Shown here piece by piece: positions 63,924 to 64,000 of a stretch of 64,000 bases of DNA. Origin of the DNA: Bryobacterales bacterium. Lineage in GTDB: Bacteria; Acidobacteriota; Terriglobia; Bryobacterales; UBA6623. The position numbers were made by a program, and so were the translations under genes. The notes beneath the pieces were generated by a model. It did no database searches and was not told where the DNA came from. It saw only the letters and a list, made by a program, of their open reading frames with translations. The number at the start of each line of letters is the position of its first letter. The stretch's first letter is position 1. Where the stretch lies: contig OZ242259.1 in assembly GCA_965207035.1 (NCBI GenBank), positions 586,111 to 650,110 of the forward strand, written 5' to 3'.

Positions 63924-64000
63924 GTGGTCCAGCAACCCTCAGCGACGCCAGTGCTCCTGATCGGCGCCGGCATGATCGCCCACGATCAGGTCCTCCCGGC
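63924..64000 (+). CDS. start of a Rossmann-fold protein (partial, runs off right edge)
   Basis: GTG 63924 reads VVQQPSATPVLLIGAGMIAHDQVLP. LLIGAGxIA resembles a dinucleotide-binding loop. The fragment is very short. Confidence 0.3.
   Translation, partial: MVQQPSATPVLLIGAGMIAHDQVLP

Overview
This is a high-GC bacterial chromosome segment. The gene content suggests an Acidobacteriota-like (or PVC-like) host, which sequence alone cannot prove: an acidobacterial-type VWA protein, a PEGA-domain Ser/Thr kinase, a PSCyt/DUF1553 + DUF1501 pair and a PVC-type heme-binding dehydrogenase. Most of the window is housekeeping: dnaB (partial), cdsA-uppS, galU, pncA-nudix, hemH, RNase P RNA, glnE, dnaG, an MrfA/MrfB-like helicase-exonuclease pair, uvrA, mtnA, a panF-like symporter and many exported enzymes. 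The accessory core lies at 35.27-46.55 kb and holds two mobile elements. (1) A 9,025-bp integrase-bearing island carries only an HK97-type head/packaging set: TerL, HNH, major capsid, prohead protease, gp6-like adaptor and portal. I found no tail, lysis, replication or TerS genes. It has a dense repeat field upstream of terL and a 20-bp palindrome ahead of each of its three transcription units. It sits inside the 5' end of a beta-lactamase-family serine hydrolase gene; joining the two gene halves across a shared 7-bp GGCGGCC core restores signal peptide plus mature enzyme in frame. I read it as a candidate capsid-forming satellite (cf-PICI-like) or head-only GTA-like element, with a decayed prophage as the alternative. 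(2) Next to it, a 1,971-bp IS (11-bp terminal IRs, CTAG duplication, IS1634-like transposase) splits the signal peptide of a divergently transcribed sulfatase gene; removing it also restores the frame. Smaller oddities include an ~88-nt ghost copy of the dnaG Toprim-coding segment upstream of the real dnaG, a Cys-rich ferrochelatase tail abutting rnpB, and several unusual domain fusions. Many long ORFs in the six-frame track are antisense shadows typical of high-GC DNA and were not called. All homology statements come from motif recognition by eye; no database search was run.
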